Position numbers and translations under genes: made by a program
In this document: positions 58,570 through 64,000 of the stretch, in pieces
Layout: every line of letters starts with the position of its first letter
How positions within the stretch are numbered: position 1 is the stretch's first letter
Notes under the pieces: generated by a model
What the model was told of the DNA's origin: nothing
The model's database searches: none
Seen by the model: the letters and a program-made list of their open reading frames with translations, nothing else
Source of the DNA: Promethearchaeota archaeon
Lineage (GTDB): Archaea > Asgardarchaeota > Heimdallarchaeia > Hodarchaeales > Hodarchaeaceae
Direction: 5' to 3'
Assembly: GCA_048938105.1 (NCBI GenBank)
Contig: JBHLMN010000007.1
Span: 96,001-160,000 of the forward strand
DNA: 64,000 nt

Positions 58570-58860
58570 TGGAGATCAACTTATAAAAACAAACTAAGGA
58601 CCTATCTTTTTTCTGATAATTTTTCTTTTTGGGTTTGAATAACAACTTTTGAGGTTAATTCTACTTACTTATTATTATAAATTCACTTCTTGTCTTATGT
58701 TTGTGGTTTCTGTATTTTCTTTTTATTCCTTTCCGCTATTTTCCTTTAATTATATCTATTTTTTCGAAAATCTTTCCAACAGACTAATTTATATACAAAA
58801 AATAATTAATTAATATCTTGCTTTAAGTCTCAAATTTTCACGTTTAAGGTGAATATACTT

Positions 58861-60564
58861 ATGGATCAAGAACCTTTTTTTTGGAAAAAAAACTGGGATG
58901 AAGGTGTAAAAGACCTAGATCCACAACTTTGGGAAACAACTTATCCCCAAGCAATTAGAGACACTTTTGAAACATTACCTAATAATTTAGCCCTTGAATA
59001 TCTCGGTGTGGAAATCACCTTTGGAGAATTAGATCGTTATTCAAATCAATTTGCTCACATGTTAATCGAAGAGGGTTTCCAATTAGGAGATAGGATTGGA
59101 ATCAACTTACCTAACATTCCACAATTCGTTATTGCACTCCTAGGAGCATTAAAGGCAGGGTGTGTTGTCACCGGTGTGTCTTTCCTCCTCTCTGAGGATC
59201 AATTATTATATCAATTGAAAGATTCGGAAACTAAAGGGATAGTCACTTTGGACGCAATTTTTGAAAAAAGATTACTAAGTATTGCTCCGCAGCTGCCAAA
59301 TTTACAATTATATGTTTGTACAAGTATAGGGGGATTTTTACCTAAAATAAAACAGGTTTTAGGTAAACTACTTGGAAAGATACCTAAAGGCAAGGTCATC
59401 CCTCTCAGTGGAAAAACTGTTTTAAATTTCATGGACATTTTTAAAACAGAACGTTATTCAACATCTCTACCAGAAAATAAATTATCTCCTGATGACCTCG
59501 CATATGTTCTCTATACAGGAGGAACCACTGGTCCTCCTAAGGGGGCTATGCTCACACATCGTAATATCATGTCAAATATCTTCATGGTAATGAAGTGGTT
59601 GAACTGGGAGAAAGGCAGTGGGAGTGCACTTTCTGGCTTTCCTTTTTTTCATATAGCAGGTTTGTTTTTCTGTGAGAATTGTATATTCCTTGGTTGGCCT
59701 CAACTACTTGTCCCAAATCCTCGTGATACTGACCATATATGTAAATTAATGAAAAAATATCAACCAACGTGTCTAGTTAATGTGCCCTCTCTTTTCCAGA
59801 TGTTGTTAAAAAATCCAAAATTTAAAGAACTAAATCATTCCAAATTAGACACCTGTATTTCAGCTGCCTCACCCTTTCCTGTCGAATCCCAAAAAGAATT
59901 GGAGAGTATTGTAGGAGATGGTAAATTGCTCGAAGTATACGGCATGACCGAGACTTCCCCCTTAACGACAATGAATCCTTACAGAGGTACTAAAAAATTA
60001 GGGTCTATCGGGTTGCCCTTACAGAATACTCATATTATGTTAGTAGATCCATCAACTGGAGAAGAGGTTAAGCTTGGTGAGACAGGAGAAATTTGTGTGA
60101 AAGGCCCCCAAGTGATGAAATGTTACTGGAATAAGCCTGAAGCTACGCAAGAAACCATTGATGAGGATGGCTACATCCATACTGGGGATGTGGCGATCAT
60201 GGATGAGGATGGATACCTACGAATTGTTGATCGTACAAAAGATATGATTATTGTTAGTGGTTTTAAGGTCTTTTCCAGCAAATTAGAAGATACTCTGACT
60301 GAACATCCAGCTATAAATATGATTGCTACTATTGGAGTTCCCAATCCAGACCGCCCAGGTTCTGAACTTGTTAAAGCATATATCACGATCTCTCCAAGCT
60401 ATACATATGATGGAGACAATGATCGTCTAAAAGAGGAGATAATTAAGTGGGTAAAAGGAAAAGTCTCACCTTATGAGGTTCCAAAAATCATAGAGATTCG
60501 TGAAGAATTACCATTAACTACTATTGGTAAAGTGGATAAAAAGCTATTACGCCAAGAAAGATAA
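58861..60564 (+). CDS. fadD: Long-chain fatty acid--CoA ligase
   Basis: YTGGTTGPPKG, YGMTETSP, TGD, DRTKDMI, GKVDKK. Confidence 0.92.
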   Translation: MDQEPFFWKKNWDEGVKDLDPQLWETTYPQAIRDTFETLPNNLALEYLGVEITFGELDRYSNQFAHMLIEEGFQLGDRIGINLPNIPQFVIALLGALKAGCVVTGVSFLLSEDQLLYQLKDSETKGIVTLDAIFEKRLLSIAPQLPNLQLYVCTSIGGFLPKIKQVLGKLLGKIPKGKVIPLSGKTVLNFMDIFKTERYSTSLPENKLSPDDLAYVLYTGGTTGPPKGAMLTHRNIMSNIFMVMKWLNWEKGSGSALSGFPFFHIAGLFFCENCIFLGWPQLLVPNPRDTDHICKLMKKYQPTCLVNVPSLFQMLLKNPKFKELNHSKLDTCISAASPFPVESQKELESIVGDGKLLEVYGMTETSPLTTMNPYRGTKKLGSIGLPLQNTHIMLVDPSTGEEVKLGETGEICVKGPQVMKCYWNKPEATQETIDEDGYIHTGDVAIMDEDGYLRIVDRTKDMIIVSGFKVFSSKLEDTLTEHPAINMIATIGVPNPDRPGSELVKAYITISPSYTYDGDNDRLKEEIIKWVKGKVSPYEVPKIIEIREELPLTTIGKVDKKLLRQER

Positions 60565-60596
60565 TAACATTCCTTAACTCAATCGAGAATTCCATC

Positions 60597-61256
60597 ATGC
60601 ATATTTTGTATTTATACGGTTTTGCTTCTGGGCCTCAATCAAATAAAGCTCAATTCTTTAAAGAGAAGTTTAATTCACTGGATGTACCCTTTGATATTTT
60701 TGATTATATCCCTAATAGAGAGAGCTTCAGTAACTTAAAGACTTCCAAGTTATTAGAAAATCTCCACTCCTACATCGAGTTAAATTATACTAAAGAAACT
60801 GATATTGTTTTATTTGGATCAAGCTTTGGTGCTTTTTTATCAGTTTGGTATACAAGTAAGCATCCTGAAAGAGTCCAAAATCTTATTTTAATAGCTCCAG
60901 CGTTACGATTTTCTGCACATTTAATCTGTGAAACACATGGAATCAATCCTTCACTCTGGGAAAAACAAGGATTGATAAACGTCTTTCATTATCGATATAA
61001 TGGAGAAATTCCGTTGAAATATACTTTTTATGAAGATCTTGTTGAAAATCCCCTCCCAGATTTTGATAAAGTAGGGATTTCAATTCCTATTCTAATCCTT
61101 CATGGCAAATCAGACAATGTTGTGCCAATAATAGGGAGTAAACAATTTGCAGATAGTAATCGACAAGTCACGCTTCATGAATTAAATGGAGACCACCAGT
61201 TACTAGATCAAAAGGATGCAATGTGGGATTTAGTGAAGGATTTTTTAGGAATATAG
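60597..61256 (+). CDS. YqiA/YcfP-family esterase
   Basis: YLYGFASGPQS.K, GSSFG, HG..D.VVP, DH. Confidence 0.88.
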   Translation: MHILYLYGFASGPQSNKAQFFKEKFNSLDVPFDIFDYIPNRESFSNLKTSKLLENLHSYIELNYTKETDIVLFGSSFGAFLSVWYTSKHPERVQNLILIAPALRFSAHLICETHGINPSLWEKQGLINVFHYRYNGEIPLKYTFYEDLVENPLPDFDKVGISIPILILHGKSDNVVPIIGSKQFADSNRQVTLHELNGDHQLLDQKDAMWDLVKDFLGI

Positions 61257-61268
61257 TTTTTTCCAAGT

Positions 61269-61646
61269 CTACACAAGGTTATAGATAATCTCTTCCAATT
61301 CTTCTCTTACAGCAGTACTGAGTTTTTGTAGTTCCTTCCCTTGAATTGTTGTCGCGTCATATTTGGGATTAGCCCATCCAACTAGCATGGGCCACACATT
61401 CACACCAGTGTTATGTTCATCTTGCACTTTGAGAAGTGGGGCGAGTAAGAGTTCTATCTCACGGTATGTCTTTTTTGACAATTTAAAATTCAACAATGGG
61501 CAAAAATAACGGTCATTTTGTTTTATCAAAGGGCGTACATCTTGGGAATAGCATAAAACATCCTTTCCGAGTTGAAGAACACAACCCGCCTGAAAATCAT
61601 ATCTTTCTATACGAAAAGGGCACCAACCCGTGCTATATGCCTGCAT
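61269..61646 (-). CDS. Unknown four-Cys protein, paralogue A
   Basis: CPFR..FQ.GCVLQLGKD..CY..D.RPLI...CPL shared with the neighbouring gene. Confidence 0.8.
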   Translation of the reverse strand: MQAYSTGWCPFRIERYDFQAGCVLQLGKDVLCYSQDVRPLIKQNDRYFCPLLNFKLSKKTYREIELLLAPLLKVQDEHNTGVNVWPMLVGWANPKYDATTIQGKELQKLSTAVREELEEIIYNLV

Positions 61647-61738
61647 TAAAGACCTCTGGGGGCAGTAAAACCAAGAAATCTGTGATCAGATCTATTTTAT
61701 ACATTTCTTGAATTCTGTGCTTAGTTGTATCTTCTACA

Positions 61739-61751
61739 TTTTTTAAACCTT
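61739..61751 (-). promoter_or_regulatory. BRE/TATA-like element AAGGTTTAAAAAA (copy upstream of paralogue A)
   Basis: Identical 13-mer also at 62316-62328. Confidence 0.55.
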
Positions 61752-61885
61752 ACCAAAGAAAAAACCAGTATTTCCATTAGGGATCTTAATGGATAATTTG
61801 CGCTGCTAAAGATGAATTCAATAGTTCTATTTTCATCCTATTCTTATAATAAAATATCTCATGAACCAAAAGTATCTATATCAGC

Positions 61886-62293
61886 TTAAGTGAGATCAAG
61901 TACAATGTCTTGCAGCTCTTTTCTCACATTTTGGCTTATTTGTTGGATCTCTCTCCCTTTATCTGTGACTGATTCCTTTTTTGGAGTTGTGATCTTGGAA
62001 TTGCGACAAAAAACTGGCCAGAGATTAATGACAGTCTCTTGTTCGTCTTGAACTATTAGAATTGAAGATACAATTTTATCTATTTCTCGATAAGTTTCTC
62101 TAGATAACCTCAATTTTTTTACTAGAGGACAAGTATAATAATATTTCTGTGGTTCTTCTGTCTCATGCCGTATTAAAGGTCTTTGATCTCGGGTGTAACA
62201 GAATTTATCTTTACCTAGTTGAAGAACACATCCTACTTGAAACCCAGGTTTAGCCACCCGAAATGGACAGAATCCTCTCTTTTCGGTTATCAT
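61886..62293 (-). CDS. Unknown four-Cys protein, paralogue B
   Basis: Same motif as paralogue A. ATG at 62293 lies about 25-30 nt from the TATA-like element (leaderless spacing). Confidence 0.8.
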   Translation of the reverse strand: MITEKRGFCPFRVAKPGFQVGCVLQLGKDKFCYTRDQRPLIRHETEEPQKYYYTCPLVKKLRLSRETYREIDKIVSSILIVQDEQETVINLWPVFCRNSKITTPKKESVTDKGREIQQISQNVRKELQDIVLDLT

Positions 62294-62315
62294 TACCTTC
62301 TTCACATCAATTATA

Positions 62316-62328
62316 TTTTTTAAACCTT
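62316..62328 (-). promoter_or_regulatory. BRE/TATA-like element AAGGTTTAAAAAA (copy upstream of paralogue B)
   Basis: Canonical archaeal spacing to ATG 62293. Confidence 0.6.
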
Positions 62329-62493
62329 GGTAATAACCAACGTTTTAGCTGAAATACTACCTCTAATATGTTTTTCAAGTAACAAACTAGCTTAAAATGT
62401 CTTGATTAGAATTCATTTAAATAATTATAATAAATCCTCTTTATTAAAATGCTTTTTTCCTTTCATTCTCGTGCTTTTGAAAGCTGATTACAT

Positions 62494-63231
62494 ATGTATC
62501 TAAATGAGATTTCGGATGAGGCAAGGAGGTGGATGATTTGGTTTCTTTTAAAAGCCAATATAATCATCATTGGCTTATTTATTTTATTAAATGGTATATT
62601 AAATAAAGATGTTCCTCTAGTGCTAATAGCGTTGATACTCCTTCTTATTGGGGGATTTTTAACATATCTAGATATCCAAAATGATCCTTATCAAATGCTT
62701 AGATTATTAAAAATTCAGACCTTCCTTTGGTGGCGTTTACATGGCCCCCTTATTTCTCGTAAATCCTTTTTCTATCACTTTCCTGAAGGAAGTCAGTTAC
62801 AACAACCGCATTTAGTTCGATCCATTTCTGTTCAACAAAAAGACTTGACTCTAGGGGCACGAATGCTTAAAATTGTAAAAATCGTTCAATTATGTCCTGA
62901 ATGTGATGGAAAAAGGAATAAACCAATGACTGTTCAAATAGAATGCTCTCATTGTCAAAATGGAAGACAGATGTACTCATTAGGAGTAATAAGCATTCCA
63001 ATCCCCTGTAATCACTGTTTAGGTGTTGGATGGATCCCTGTACATCCCTGTCCTGTCTGTCGAGGAAAAGGAAGTGTTTGGCGGAAACAAAAAATCCGTG
63101 TTCAAATTCCTCCACACTCATCTGTGGGAACTAAGCTTCGTATACCAGCTCTTGGTAAAATCAATCCAAAAACTCTCCAACAGGGGGATTTGTTTTTGAA
63201 AATCAGAAAAAAGATGTTTAATTTAATCTAA
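62494..63231 (+). CDS. Membrane-anchored DnaJ-like protein (Zn finger + C-terminal domain, no J domain)
   Basis: 2 N-terminal TMs; CPECDG, CSHCQNG, CNHCLGVG, CPVCRGKG; IRVQIPP....GTKLRI...G......GDLFL; no HPD. Confidence 0.85.
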   Translation: MYLNEISDEARRWMIWFLLKANIIIIGLFILLNGILNKDVPLVLIALILLLIGGFLTYLDIQNDPYQMLRLLKIQTFLWWRLHGPLISRKSFFYHFPEGSQLQQPHLVRSISVQQKDLTLGARMLKIVKIVQLCPECDGKRNKPMTVQIECSHCQNGRQMYSLGVISIPIPCNHCLGVGWIPVHPCPVCRGKGSVWRKQKIRVQIPPHSSVGTKLRIPALGKINPKTLQQGDLFLKIRKKMFNLI

Positions 63232-63401
63232 AGCTGTCTTGATCATTTCTTTAAAGTACATCTCTATCAAAAGATTATATATAATGTATCCTGTGATTTT
63301 TTAAGAAAAACATATTTTTATTAAATAAGAAGTGTTCATGGATGATTACACTTTTCTAATCATCATTGGTGAACAAAAAAGACAAAAGGAATAACAAAAA
63401 G

Positions 63402-64000
63402 ATGAATAACAGTGAATTAAAGCAAGCTTTAATTAATGAAGCCAAAGAATTAGAATCATACATAATAGAAAAGCGACGCTATATTCACATGTATCCTGAA
63501 ACTTCTTACGAAGAAGTAAAGACAGGGGCATTTATTGAAGATGAACTTCAAAAAATAGGATATGAAACGCAGAAAATAGCTAAGACTGGTGTTTTGGCGA
63601 TTCTTAAAGGATCTAAAGAAGGAAAAATAGTTGCTCTCCGAGCAGATATCGACGCCTTAAATATTACTGAGGAAAATGATGTACCATACTGCAGCAAAAT
63701 TCCAGGGAAAATGCATGCTTGTGGTCATGATGCTCATGTCGCAATGCTTTTAGGAGCAGCTAAAATCTTATTCAAATATAAGGATCATCTACGAGGTACT
63801 TTAAAAATCATATTTCAACCAGCAGAAGAAGGAGGGGCTGGAGGCCAGAAAGTTGTCGAGGAAGGACATTTAAATGATGTTGATGTCATATTCGGAATCC
63901 ATGTGTGGCATGAACTACCATCAGGAGTAATTGGCACAAGAAAAGGACCGATGATGGCTTCTGCTGATGATTTTGTAATAACAATCAAAGGCAAAGGTGG
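63402..64000 (+). CDS. M20D amidohydrolase/carboxypeptidase (runs off window end)
   Basis: RRYIHMYPE, LRADIDAL, MHACGHDAH, FQPAEE. Confidence 0.92.
   Translation, partial: MNNSELKQALINEAKELESYIIEKRRYIHMYPETSYEEVKTGAFIEDELQKIGYETQKIAKTGVLAILKGSKEGKIVALRADIDALNITEENDVPYCSKIPGKMHACGHDAHVAMLLGAAKILFKYKDHLRGTLKIIFQPAEEGGAGGQKVVEEGHLNDVDVIFGIHVWHELPSGVIGTRKGPMMASADDFVITIKGKG

Noticed and set aside
655-63121. Numerous 60-120 aa ORFs antisense to or nested in long genes
   Set aside because: They overlap well-supported CDS and carry no motifs; expected by chance.

Overview
AT-rich, gene-dense archaeal chromosome segment. The Sec61alpha-like SecY, GGGP synthase, tungsten AOR-family enzymes, a bacterial/eukaryote-type TPI and several surface proteins ending in a PGF-like motif + TM + basic tail fit an Asgard archaeon, most likely Heimdallarchaeia/Hodarchaeales (inference, not computed). 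About 55 CDS; I found no rRNA, tRNA, CRISPR array or intact mobile element. Metabolic content: two back-to-back LeuCD/HacAB-type hydro-lyase pairs, an HD-IDH/IPMDH-SAMP operon, a lone CitF, two AORs (one a GOR-like heterodimer near tpiA), NAD salvage, a Zn/Mn ABC importer and fatty-acid catabolism. There are two accessory zones. The first (~1.7-8.4 kb) holds surface proteins, gene fragments and a cargo gene between two diverged copies of an MFS 3' end. The second (~20.1-24.2 kb) holds a small acidic/aromatic protein, an ABC exporter and decayed DNA. Best candidates for undescribed systems: (i) a dispersed IDH-aconitase-like-citrate/citramalate lyase pathway; (ii) a signal-peptide-bearing double-wHTH regulator divergent from a stand-alone secY (possible translocation sensor); (iii) a tandem four-Cys protein family sharing a promoter motif and divergent from a membrane-anchored J-domain-less DnaJ; (iv) gene capture anchored on the MFS gene without an integrase.
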